Shown one piece after another: positions 25,924 through 33,768 of a stretch of DNA of 39,061 nt (position 1 is its first letter; each line of letters opens with the position of its first letter). Source of the DNA: a virus (taxonomy: Duplodnaviria; Heunggongvirae; Uroviricota; Caudoviricetes). The notes beneath the pieces are model-generated. The model saw only the letters and a list, made by a program, of their open reading frames with translations, searched no databases and had not been told where the DNA came from. The position numbers and the translations under genes were made by a program. Location: positions 1-39,061 of IMG/VR virus record IMGVR_UViG_3300021431_000077; one strand, given 5' to 3'.

Positions 25924-26226
25924 ATGAGTACATTGGATAACGTTCATGTGGCGCAAGCTGTTGCTGCGGTAAAGGCTGCCGTTGAACCTCAAATTGAAAA
26001 GCTGGCTGAAAACAAGCTTTTGTTCAAGGATGGCGAAGCTTCCAGACGTGAAATTCTCGATGCCGTTTATGACATTTATCGTAAGGCGACGATAAACAAC
26101 GGTGTTAAGATGTGGCGTGCTTGGGACAATTTCGACAAGGATACGCACACATGCACGATAACGGTTGACGTTTTTGCTGGAAAGGAAAAGGTAACGTTTA
26201 AACACGTTGTCGGCCCGAAACAGTAA
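25924..26226 (+). CDS. Hypothetical protein (100 aa) inside the tRNA array
   Basis: GGAG SD before ATG 25924. The track start at 25804 overlaps tRNA-Cys and is unlikely. Confidence 0.7.
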   Translation: MSTLDNVHVAQAVAAVKAAVEPQIEKLAENKLLFKDGEASRREILDAVYDIYRKATINNGVKMWRAWDNFDKDTHTCTITVDVFAGKEKVTFKHVVGPKQ

Positions 26227-26234
26227 TTCCGATT

Positions 26235-26308
26235 GTGCTTGTAGCTCAGTTGGATAGAGCAACAGTTTCCTAAACTGTAGGTCGCCAGTTCGACTCTGGC
26301 CAAGCACA
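26235..26308 (+). tRNA. tRNA-Arg(CCT)
   Basis: acagt-tt CCT aa-actgt. Confidence 0.92.
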
Positions 26309-26313
26309 CTAAT

Positions 26314-26397
26314 GGAGAGATGGCTGAATTGGTAAAAGCGGAGCTTTGCTAAAGCTTTGTCGTAACAGACGCGCAGGTTCGAACCCTGTTCTCTCCT
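26314..26397 (+). tRNA. tRNA-Ser(GCT)
   Basis: gagct-tt GCT aa-agctt, long variable arm; U73 instead of the usual G73. Confidence 0.85.
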
Positions 26398-26405
26398 CTA
26401 ATTTC

Positions 26406-26539
26406 CCCACAGTAGCTCAGTCTGGTAGAGCGCTAGTAAATGAACAGCCTTTCGCTTTTTTCCCTGCAAAGGTGACGTATGGATGGCTTACTTCGATAAT
26501 GGGAACTGGATGTCGTAGGTTCAAATCCTGCCTGTGGGA
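26406..26539 (+). ncRNA. tRNA-Pro-derived body with ~60-nt Y-like insert in the anticodon arm
   Basis: cccacag/ctgtggg with A73, Pro-type D and T arms; insert agcctttc/ggatggct, GCTTTTTT, cct-gcaa-agg, TACTT; residual tgg ga actgg. Confidence 0.65.
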
Positions 26540-26551
26540 CTAAATTTTTTC

Positions 26552-26626
26552 GTGGTTATAACATAGTCTGGTCTAATGTGTCAGCTTGCCATGCTGGAGA
26601 CATGGGTTCAAATCCCATTAACCACT
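26552..26626 (+). tRNA. tRNA-Gly(GCC)
   Basis: tcagc-tt GCC at-gctgg; U73. Confidence 0.88.
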
Positions 26627-26630
26627 TAAC

Positions 26631-26788
26631 ACATGCCGACGCCTCCCCGTCAATCTGGCGACAGGTTGATTAACGGTAGGGGAGGGTTCCTCTTACAACT
26701 TTCTCGGTGAAAATCGTTGCGACGTGAGAGTTACTTAGATTGCCATAACATTAATCTTGTGAAAGTTCGACTCTTTCCGTCGGCATGT
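26631..26788 (+). ncRNA. tRNA-like RNA (11-bp terminal stem, T-arm) containing the Y-like module
   Basis: acatgccgacg/cgtcggcatgt; gaaag-ttcgact-ctttc; ctcttac/gtgagag, cggt-gaaa-atcg, TTGCGA, TTACTT. Confidence 0.6.
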
Positions 26789-26800
26789 TTTTTCTTTTAT

Positions 26801-26939
26801 GTCAGATTAGCTCAATGGTAGAGCTCCAGGCCCAAAACTCAGCCACTTTCGCTTTTCCCAATCCATTTGGATTGTGGTGTAGAAACGTGCTACTTAGGAA
26901 TCATCCAGGAGGTTGTCGGTCCGAGTCCGACATCTGGCA
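26801..26939 (+). ncRNA. tRNA body with Y-like insert and degenerate anticodon, immediately upstream of Ro60
   Basis: gtcagat/atctggc; D arm gctc/gagc; T arm gtcgg-tccgagt-ccgac; agccactttc/gaaacgtgct, GCTTTT, TACTT. Confidence 0.65.
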
Positions 26940-26991
26940 ATACTTTTTTTAACAACATCAACAATTCCTAATCACAACAAAGGAGATGATT

Positions 26992-28332
26992 ATGGCGTCG
27001 ATTAACAAGAGAAAGGTATCTACCCCTGTGTTTACTTACGAGGGTGGAAAGGCTTCACGAATCGGTTTCGAGGAGAAGTTGCAGCGTACTGTGCTGTGCT
27101 GCCTCCTGAACGAGGATACGTTCTATGAGGACGGCGAGTCCATCAAGGACCGCATCAAGGAATACATGGGCAAGGTCAGCCCAGAGTTCGCAATCAAGAC
27201 TCTGAACAAGGCCAAGCACGAGTATCACCTTCGTCATACCCCGTTGTTCATGCTTACTGTGCTCGCAAGTCAGGGTAAGCTGACTAAGGAACTTGTTTAC
27301 TCGACGGTAACCCGTGTTGATGACATCACCGAGTTGCTCGCCATGTACCTCGCAGACGGCAAGAAGAAGACGCTTCCGAAGCAGTTGCAGAAGGGCTTGG
27401 CTATGTCGTTCGACAAGTTCGACGAGTACCAGTTCGGTAAGTACAAGGGTAACAAGAAGAATGTGTCATTGAAGGATGCAGTCATGCTGTGCCACCCGAA
27501 GGCACCGAATGACGAGAAGAACGCTCTCTACAAGAAGATTGTAGACGACAGCCTTGCTACACCGCTTACTTGGGAGACCGAGTTGAGCGCTGGTAAGGAC
27601 AAGAAGACGGTCTTCGAGAACCTTCTTTCAACGAACAAGCTGGGTGCCCTCGCCCTGTTGAGGAACCTCCGCAACATGGAGCAGGCAAAGGTGTCACAGC
27701 GAGCAATCGCAGACGGCATCTCGAAGATGAACGTGCGTGGTATCATGCCGTACAACTTCTACACCGCAAACAAGCACAGCGACGGAACCTACTCCAAGCA
27801 GATTGAAGCAGCAATGCTCAGGGCAGCTCGTGAGACGTTCGACAAGTTGGAGGGTAACACCCTGTTCATGGTCGATACGTCGGGTTCTATGGACAACCAT
27901 TTGGCAGGTAAGAGCGAAGTCACTCGTGGAGAGGCTGCCGCATCTCTCGCTGCCATCATGGATGAGGTCTGTGAGTTTGACAAGGTTTACACCTTCGATA
28001 TGGATGCACATGCAACCACATCCAAGGGTTTTGCACTTGCCGACCGCTGTTCTCGTTGCACTGGCGGTACTGACCTTTACGGTTGTACCAACAGTGCTGT
28101 TCGCGCTAACACCAGACCGTTTGACCGTGTGATTATCATCACCGACGAGCAGTCTATTGGCGGTTGCTTCACCAAGGATGTTCTCCGCATCCCGCACAAG
28201 TACATCGTGAATGTGGCTCCGCACCAGTTCGGAATCTCTTACGGTGACTTCATCCACATCAACGGATTCAGCGACGGTATCTTCAAGTACATCGCTGAGT
28301 ACGAGAAGATGGGTGCAAAGAGCGAAGAGTAA
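26992..28332 (+). CDS. rsr: Ro60/Rsr-like RNA-binding protein (TROVE + vWA domains)
   Basis: TYEGGKA, EDTFYE, LRHTP, FDEYQFGKY, TWETELS, LGALALLRNLRN (TROVE); VDTSGSM and IIITDEQ (vWA MIDAS); AGGAG SD before ATG 26992. Confidence 0.92.
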   Translation: MASINKRKVSTPVFTYEGGKASRIGFEEKLQRTVLCCLLNEDTFYEDGESIKDRIKEYMGKVSPEFAIKTLNKAKHEYHLRHTPLFMLTVLASQGKLTKELVYSTVTRVDDITELLAMYLADGKKKTLPKQLQKGLAMSFDKFDEYQFGKYKGNKKNVSLKDAVMLCHPKAPNDEKNALYKKIVDDSLATPLTWETELSAGKDKKTVFENLLSTNKLGALALLRNLRNMEQAKVSQRAIADGISKMNVRGIMPYNFYTANKHSDGTYSKQIEAAMLRAARETFDKLEGNTLFMVDTSGSMDNHLAGKSEVTRGEAAASLAAIMDEVCEFDKVYTFDMDAHATTSKGFALADRCSRCTGGTDLYGCTNSAVRANTRPFDRVIIITDEQSIGGCFTKDVLRIPHKYIVNVAPHQFGISYGDFIHINGFSDGIFKYIAEYEKMGAKSEE

Positions 28333-28354
28333 TTTCTTTGTTCGTTAGACATTA

Positions 28355-28381
28355 GGGTGGCCGAAAGGCCATCCGTTTTTT
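28355..28381 (+). terminator. Intrinsic terminator after Ro60
   Basis: gggtggcc-gaaa-ggccatcc-gtttttt. Confidence 0.7.
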
Positions 28382-28454
28382 AGGGCGTTCGACCAGTTGG
28401 TAGGTCTGCAGTCTCCAAAACTGTTAGTCGGTGGTTCGAGTCCATCACGTCCTG
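28382..28454 (+). tRNA. tRNA-Trp(CCA)
   Basis: gcagt-ct CCA aa-actgt; G73. Confidence 0.9.
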
Positions 28455-28460
28455 CTATAT

Positions 28461-28543
28461 CGGTTAGTGGTGGAATGGAAGACACTCCAGCCTTAGGAGC
28501 TGGTGCTCGAAAGGGCGTGTGGGTTCGAGTCCCACCTTGCCGA
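28461..28543 (+). tRNA. tRNA-Leu(TAG)
   Basis: ccagc-ct TAG ga-gctgg, variable arm. Confidence 0.9.
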
Positions 28544-28558
28544 TTATTTTTCTCACCT

Positions 28559-28642
28559 CGGTAGGTGGCGGAATTGGCATACGCGCCAGACTCAAAATCT
28601 GGTATTCGCAAGGGTGTGAGGGTTCAAGCCCCTCCCTACCGA
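28559..28642 (+). tRNA. tRNA-Leu(CAA)
   Basis: ccaga-ct CAA aa-tctgg, variable arm. Confidence 0.92.
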
Positions 28643-28657
28643 CTAATACCTGTGTTC

Positions 28658-28731
28658 GCCCGAGTAGCTCAGCTGGACAGAGCGTCTGCCTTCTAAGCAG
28701 AGGGTCACAGGTTCGATTCCTGTCTCGGGTA
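28658..28731 (+). tRNA. tRNA-Arg(TCT)
   Basis: tctgc-ct TCT aa-gcaga. Confidence 0.93.
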
Positions 28732-28761
28732 CTATTTGCAAAGCCGAAAGATAAAATCTCA

Positions 28762-28791
28762 GGCCCGACTGGTTTCCAGTCGGGCTTTTTT
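28762..28791 (+). terminator. Terminator ending the RNA operon
   Basis: gcccgactgg-ttt-ccagtcgggc-tttttt. Confidence 0.85.
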
Positions 28792-28793
28792 AG

Positions 28794-28822
28794 TTGACAT
28801 AATAGGTATATTTTACTATATT
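28794..28822 (+). promoter_or_regulatory. Sigma70-type promoter for ligase N-part
   Basis: TTGACA-17 nt-TATATT. Confidence 0.8.
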
Positions 28823-28844
28823 TTCTAGCAAGAAAGGAAATTCT

Positions 28845-30185
28845 ATGCAGAACACTGACTTTATTGAAACTCTTTCCGCAAAACTGTCTGACGGTGTACA
28901 ACCAGCTATGGATTTAGTGGTAGAAAACATCCTAAATGAATCTGATTTTGCAAAGTATGGGAACGACGAAGAGGATGTTTACTACAAGTATTCAATCCTC
29001 CTTCGTGCATCTGGGTTTCGCCCGAACGAGTTCGAAAATGAACTGAGGGCATCCGTGAGTGCCGCATCCGATATTGCGGTCACATCTAACTCTAAGAAGG
29101 GAAAGGCTTTGGACCGTGAGTCGTTGCTGTGCGAGGTTATTGAATATCTCGCCAGGGAATACTACAACGGTCATGAAAAGGCTTCTGACGATTCGTATGA
29201 CGGTCTCGTAATGGAACTTCGGTCTATCAATCCGAAGAACCCGTTGGCTGCGGGTGGGTTGGCTGCAGCTGACGATACGGGCCGAAAGAAATTCCAGCAT
29301 TACCTTGTTACTGGTACTCAGCAGAAGTATGCCAACATGGACGCATTCAAGGATGAATGGTTTCCGCAGTATGGTGGCAAGCATCGCCTTATGCTGAATG
29401 GCAAATGCGATGGTGCTGGAAGCGAAGTCATGTATCAGGACGGCAAGATTGTCCAAGCGATTTCCCGTGGTGACGGTTTCCAAGGTGAAGATATAACTCA
29501 ATCTGCTTTGAAGTGGAAGGGGCTTATTCACGAAATTCCGAACTTCACGGGTTCAATCCGTGGTGAGTTCATGTTGAAGGAAAGCGTGTTCCTCGAAAAG
29601 TATTCCCAGACGATGAAGACTGCTAGAAACGCTAGCTCTGGTTTGTCAAAGCGTCTTGACGGCAAGGGTTCCGAGGATATGTCCTTTGTCGCCTACGATG
29701 TTCTCAACAGGGCTCCGACCCAGTTCAAGACCGAATTGGAAAAGATGCAGTGGCTGGAATCCTGTGGATTTGAAGTTCCTATGTATGAACTTGTCGATAC
29801 GCTTGAACAGGTCAATGCGTTCCGTGAAAAGGTGTTTGCAAGCCGAAAGAAATCTATCGACTATGGCTGTGACGGCATTGTGGTCAAGATAAATGACATC
29901 GACTATGACGACCTTCGCCGCAAGACCCCGATGACGCAGTGTGCTATCAAGTTTGAACTGGAAACCGCCATTGCCACTCTAATTGGAATAGAATGGAGCT
30001 GCAAGGGCAGGTATCTTTCTCCCGTAGCCATCCTGACCCCGACTGAACTTGATGGTGTGACGGTAGAACGAGCCTCCTTGTCTAACCTGAACAAGATGCA
30101 GCAAATGGGCATTCAGATTGGTTGCAAGGTCCAGATTTCCCGTCATGGTGAAGTTATTCCTCAGGTCGATAGTGTTGTAAAATAA
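28845..30185 (+). CDS. ligA: NAD+-dependent DNA ligase, N-terminal part (Ia, adenylation and OB domains)
   Basis: SDDSYDGLVMELRSINP, GKCDG (KxDG), AISRGDGFQGEDIT, IRGEF, ARNASSG, DGIVVK, AIKF, VAILTPTELDGVTVERASLSN, RHGEVIPQV then stop. Confidence 0.9.
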   Translation: MQNTDFIETLSAKLSDGVQPAMDLVVENILNESDFAKYGNDEEDVYYKYSILLRASGFRPNEFENELRASVSAASDIAVTSNSKKGKALDRESLLCEVIEYLAREYYNGHEKASDDSYDGLVMELRSINPKNPLAAGGLAAADDTGRKKFQHYLVTGTQQKYANMDAFKDEWFPQYGGKHRLMLNGKCDGAGSEVMYQDGKIVQAISRGDGFQGEDITQSALKWKGLIHEIPNFTGSIRGEFMLKESVFLEKYSQTMKTARNASSGLSKRLDGKGSEDMSFVAYDVLNRAPTQFKTELEKMQWLESCGFEVPMYELVDTLEQVNAFREKVFASRKKSIDYGCDGIVVKINDIDYDDLRRKTPMTQCAIKFELETAIATLIGIEWSCKGRYLSPVAILTPTELDGVTVERASLSNLNKMQQMGIQIGCKVQISRHGEVIPQVDSVVK

Positions 30186-30202
30186 TTTTTACAATATAGG
30201 TG

Positions 30203-30231
30203 TTGCCAAGAAGTATTTAATTAGGTATATT
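30203..30231 (+). promoter_or_regulatory. Sigma70-type promoter for the protease / ligase C-part
   Basis: TTGCCA-17 nt-TATATT. Confidence 0.65.
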
Positions 30232-30257
30232 TTAGGTACAAACAAAGAGGTAACATC

Positions 30258-30917
30258 ATGAAAAAGCTTATCGGTATCATTCTTGTTTTCGCTGCAATGG
30301 TGTTTGCGAAATACGATGTGTACGGTGGAACGGGATTCTTCGTAAATAGCGAGTATCTCGTGACTGCATATCATGTCGTTGATGGTTATGAAAATATCTG
30401 CTATTACGACATAAAGAATGATACATGTATCAAGGCTCACGTCGTGGATTATACGGTTGACTCGGATGTTGCCTTGTTGAAGCTTGATGAGGAACCTGTG
30501 GAAATGCCTATGGTATGCCGTCTTGCTCACGGTGAATTGCCTATCGGGGAAAGACTGCTGTCGTATGGCTATCCTGACCCGATTAACGACACTTCTTTGA
30601 CTGTTATCCCGTTGAGTATTCGCATGCAGTATCGGTATGATGGCAATTACAGTTTCTATCGAATGACAGGAACGTTGCGGAGTGGAATGTCTGGCGGGCC
30701 TAACTTTACTAGGGACGGTCGAATCGGCGGAATGAGCAAGTCTATAATTGTGGAAGAGAATACTAGCAATGTGGTTAAGTCTACCGAATTGGTTCGTATT
30801 CTCCGTAAGAATGGTGTAACGGAATATCCGAATACAAAGAATGTGAAGAAATGTGTTATAAGCATCTTGAGTTCAGATTCAGAGTTCAAGTCTGCTCGTC
30901 AAAAATGGGGTTACTAA
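30258..30917 (+). CDS. Secreted trypsin-like serine protease
   Basis: Signal peptide MKKLIGIILVFAAMVFA; GTGFFV, VTAYHVV (His), DVALLKL (Asp), GMSGGP (Ser). Confidence 0.85.
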   Translation: MKKLIGIILVFAAMVFAKYDVYGGTGFFVNSEYLVTAYHVVDGYENICYYDIKNDTCIKAHVVDYTVDSDVALLKLDEEPVEMPMVCRLAHGELPIGERLLSYGYPDPINDTSLTVIPLSIRMQYRYDGNYSFYRMTGTLRSGMSGGPNFTRDGRIGGMSKSIIVEENTSNVVKSTELVRILRKNGVTEYPNTKNVKKCVISILSSDSEFKSARQKWGY

Positions 30918-31810
30918 TGATTCCTGAAAAATACAAAGAATATGTGGCATCGAACATTGCTTTCCCGAAGGAATGCCCTGTCTGCCACGGTGAGTTGAAT
31001 GTGTTGGACAACGGGATGGTTTGCTGTGTGAACCCGTCCTGCCCTCAAAAGATTGTCCATAAGTTTGCCAACTTCTTCGATGTCTTGGCGATTGACGGTG
31101 CTGGAGATAGCTGTGTTTCTGCCCTTGTCAATGAAGTCGGCATGAAGAAGATTCCTGAACTGATTTCCGATGCCGTATCTGGCGGAAACGGGCTTGCCAA
31201 GGCAATGAATAGCCAAGTGAACGGTGCGAAGCTCCGTAAGAACATGTTGGCGGCGATGAACGAACCGATTTCCATGAGCAAGTTCCTGTCCCTGTTTGAC
31301 TTTGACGGGTTCTCCGAAGCGAAACTGTCTGGTTTGGAGCGCCTTGAAGTGTTTGGCGGATGGTATGACAACCCGATGTCCACATTGGCGACCATCCGTT
31401 CATATACTCCTGAAAAGCTTGCCATGTTGGTCATCCCTGGGTTCAGCGCTTATGAAGTTAAGTTGAATTTGTTTACCCAGATGTTTGACGCTATTGATGA
31501 AATCACGGGAACTGTTGAACTCGGAAAGTTCACTTTCAAGAAGTCTGTGGAAATGGATGCTCTTGGTGGATTGTCTTTCTGCTTCACTGGTGCGATGGAA
31601 TACAATCGTGACGACCTTGAACGCACCGTGAAGGCGTTTGGTGGGCTTGTAAAGGGAAGTGTCAGTGCAAAGCTTGATTATCTCGTGCAGGCTGACGAAA
31701 ACTCCACCTCTACCAAGTCGAAGAAGGCAAAGCAGCTCGGCGTGAAGATTATTACGCCAGAAAAGTTCTTTGCCCTCTTGAAAGAAAAGGGTGTAAATAC
31801 TATATTGTAG
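30917..31810 (+). CDS. ligA: NAD+-dependent DNA ligase, C-terminal part (Zn finger, HhH, BRCT)
   Basis: CPVCHGEL...CVNPSCP, LAIDGAG, FCFTGAMEYNRDDL...VKGSVSAKLDYLV...KSKKAKQLGVKII. Confidence 0.88.
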   Translation: MIPEKYKEYVASNIAFPKECPVCHGELNVLDNGMVCCVNPSCPQKIVHKFANFFDVLAIDGAGDSCVSALVNEVGMKKIPELISDAVSGGNGLAKAMNSQVNGAKLRKNMLAAMNEPISMSKFLSLFDFDGFSEAKLSGLERLEVFGGWYDNPMSTLATIRSYTPEKLAMLVIPGFSAYEVKLNLFTQMFDAIDEITGTVELGKFTFKKSVEMDALGGLSFCFTGAMEYNRDDLERTVKAFGGLVKGSVSAKLDYLVQADENSTSTKSKKAKQLGVKIITPEKFFALLKEKGVNTIL

Positions 31811-31822
31811 TTGGAGGTTCTC

Positions 31823-32209
31823 ATGAATGAAGAAGAACTTAAAGATTTGAGCGTCGATGTCAAGGAATGGTTTCAAGACCAGGTCGAACTTGATTGCGAC
31901 TGCATGAATGTTGAAAGCGAAACCGAAGGGGATGATGATAGCGATGTTGTCATCACGGTAGGCTACCATTCAAAGGAATGGTCTGTCGCAAACCCTGACG
32001 GAAAGATGTTTGAAACGGAAACTGCTCTTGAAGAGTATCTGAAAGAGAAGATTGGTTCCGACCTTGAAGACGTACTTAATCAGTACGATGTGGAATATTC
32101 CAATGTGGACGTAAGTGTTACTTCGATGTTTGATTTCACTGCAACCATCGAAGGAAAGTATGCTCCCAAGGAAGAGAGTGACGAAACGGATTCGTCTGAC
32201 CTTTATTAA
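31823..32209 (+). CDS. Acidic hypothetical protein
   Basis: GGAGG SD before ATG 31823. Confidence 0.7.
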   Translation: MNEEELKDLSVDVKEWFQDQVELDCDCMNVESETEGDDDSDVVITVGYHSKEWSVANPDGKMFETETALEEYLKEKIGSDLEDVLNQYDVEYSNVDVSVTSMFDFTATIEGKYAPKEESDETDSSDLY

Positions 32210-32224
32210 CCGAAGAGGATTAAA

Positions 32225-32662
32225 ATGAAAGAAGTACAAATCAAAATCAAGTATCTTGATGACAGTATCACCCGCCTTACCTATGTTGATGGCAAGTCAG
32301 ACTGGATTGACTTGGCAGCCGCTGAAACTGTCACGTTGAAGAAGGGCGAATTCAAGCTTATCCACCTTGGTGTTGCGATGGAGTTGCCCGAAGGTTACGA
32401 AGCACATATCGCTCCTCGCAGTTCTACGTTCAAGAACTTCAAGATTCTTGAAACTAACAGCGTTGGTGTGGTTGACCGTTCATACTGCGGCCCGAACGAC
32501 TGGTGGAAGATGGCTGTTTACGCAACGGAAGACACCACCATCAACAAGGGTGACCGCATCGCACAGTTCCGCATCATTGAAAACCAGCCGAAGCTGAACT
32601 TTGTCGAAGGTGAACTGACTGGCAAGGACCGTGGCGGTTTTGGCTCTACGGGCAAAAATTAG
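32225..32662 (+). CDS. dut: Trimeric dUTPase
   Basis: [35 protein letters not shown]. Confidence 0.92.
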   Translation: MKEVQIKIKYLDDSITRLTYVDGKSDWIDLAAAETVTLKKGEFKLIHLGVAMELPEGYEAHIAPRSSTFKNFKILETNSVGVVDRSYCGPNDWWKMAVYATEDTTINKGDRIAQFRIIENQPKLNFVEGELTGKDRGGFGSTGKN

Positions 32663-32785
32663 TCGGAAAAATTCGATGTATAAACATTAAAGTGAGTGCT
32701 AGCGAAGTGTGTCGCCATCATATAGGCATGGGACCGTCGCTGGCACTTATTTTTTAGCCTATCTGCTAGTGTAGAAAAGGTTTCT

Positions 32786-32820
32786 GGGGTCGTCAGAGCA
32801 ATCTGGCGGCCCCTGTTTTT
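32786..32820 (+). terminator. Intrinsic terminator
   Basis: ggggtcgtcaga-gcaa-tctggcggcccc-tgttttt. Confidence 0.7.
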
Positions 32821-32873
32821 GTATGGTGGCTCCTTAAAATATATAAACCCTTAGTAGGTGCAAAGGAGCCCTC

Positions 32874-33266
32874 ATGAAAGAGCTAATCAAATCGCTTACC
32901 TCCATGGGCCTTACGGTGACCAGGGATGGGATGATAATCTATGATAATATCACCTTCGGCAAACTGGACTCAAACGGGAAACCCGCAATCTACTGCTATC
33001 CCTTCATCTGCTGGGATGACGAGCAAGACAAGGAATGGCTCGATTCAAGCGAAAGTATCAGCGTAGATGACGAGTTCTACGACTATTACGAGCAATTTTG
33101 CGCGGACTACCATAGCTTGTTTAACTTTAACAAAATGGGCGGAGTTTCCCTTGTAGGAAGCGTCTCGAAGCATGACGTGAACATCGTCGAGCTGTTCCGT
33201 GATGTCCTGCAAATTTATAAGGAAATTGTACGCGATTTAAGAGAAAAAGCTATTCAAAATTTTTAG
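32874..33266 (+). CDS. Hypothetical protein
   Basis: AGGAG SD; TATAAACC upstream. Confidence 0.7.
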   Translation: MKELIKSLTSMGLTVTRDGMIIYDNITFGKLDSNGKPAIYCYPFICWDDEQDKEWLDSSESISVDDEFYDYYEQFCADYHSLFNFNKMGGVSLVGSVSKHDVNIVELFRDVLQIYKEIVRDLREKAIQNF

Positions 33267-33324
33267 TCTATATGGCCAAGAATCTATAAACTAATGGTAT
33301 GGTTAGATACCCGAGGATAGGTTT

Positions 33325-33753
33325 ATGGCAGAAATGTGGATAGCGGCTTTGAAGACGAATAGTCCAGCGTTGCTGATATTCACGTTGGTTGCTCTTGGAT
33401 TGTTTTATCTCATCAAGCGGATTGAAACGCAAAGGAAGGACACAGGAGTTAAACGTAACGAGCAATTCAGTCAAGTGGACAAGAAGTTCCTTGAAATGCA
33501 ACTGGAATACCAGAAGAAAGAAGCCTGTTACAGAGAGCAGATGCTTCTTCTGGAAAACAAGATTTTATTGACACAGAAAGATGTAGATGCTGTAAAGGAC
33601 AAATTGAAGACTGTGGACTATAAATTAGAGCAGATTACTACGGCCCTAAATGCAATCAACGAGAACCTGTCGGGTATCAAATCGACTTTAACCACATCGT
33701 TGAATACGATTGAAAAACGAATTGAAAGATTGGAAAACGCAAAAGATGAGTAA
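33325..33753 (+). CDS. Membrane-anchored coiled-coil protein (holin- or XhlA-like, uncertain)
   Basis: N-terminal TM segment LLIFTLVALGLFYLI followed by a heptad-rich helix. Confidence 0.6.
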   Translation: MAEMWIAALKTNSPALLIFTLVALGLFYLIKRIETQRKDTGVKRNEQFSQVDKKFLEMQLEYQKKEACYREQMLLLENKILLTQKDVDAVKDKLKTVDYKLEQITTALNAINENLSGIKSTLTTSLNTIEKRIERLENAKDE

Positions 33754-33768
33754 AACTGAGGGGGATAT

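Noticed and set aside
20033-25927. Short track ORFs across the RNA operon (for example 20033-20329, 21324-21711, 24109-24812, 25231-25927)
   Set aside because: They overlap tRNA genes or structured spacers, lack SD sequences and have non-protein-like composition.
19487-28731. Suppressor tRNAs or stop-codon reassignment
   Set aside because: No CTA, TCA or TTA anticodons were found. The TAG (Leu) and TGA (Ser) anticodons are ordinary sense readers, and long ORFs are intact in the standard code.
19073-28791. tmRNA or a CRISPR array in the non-coding region
   Set aside because: No G3:U70 tRNA-like ends enclosing a tag ORF, and no regularly spaced direct repeats.
30150-30990. Split intein or intron joining the ligase halves
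   Set aside because: No intein N-terminal Cys block or C-terminal His-Asn/Cys junction. The intervening DNA is a complete protease gene with its own promoter.
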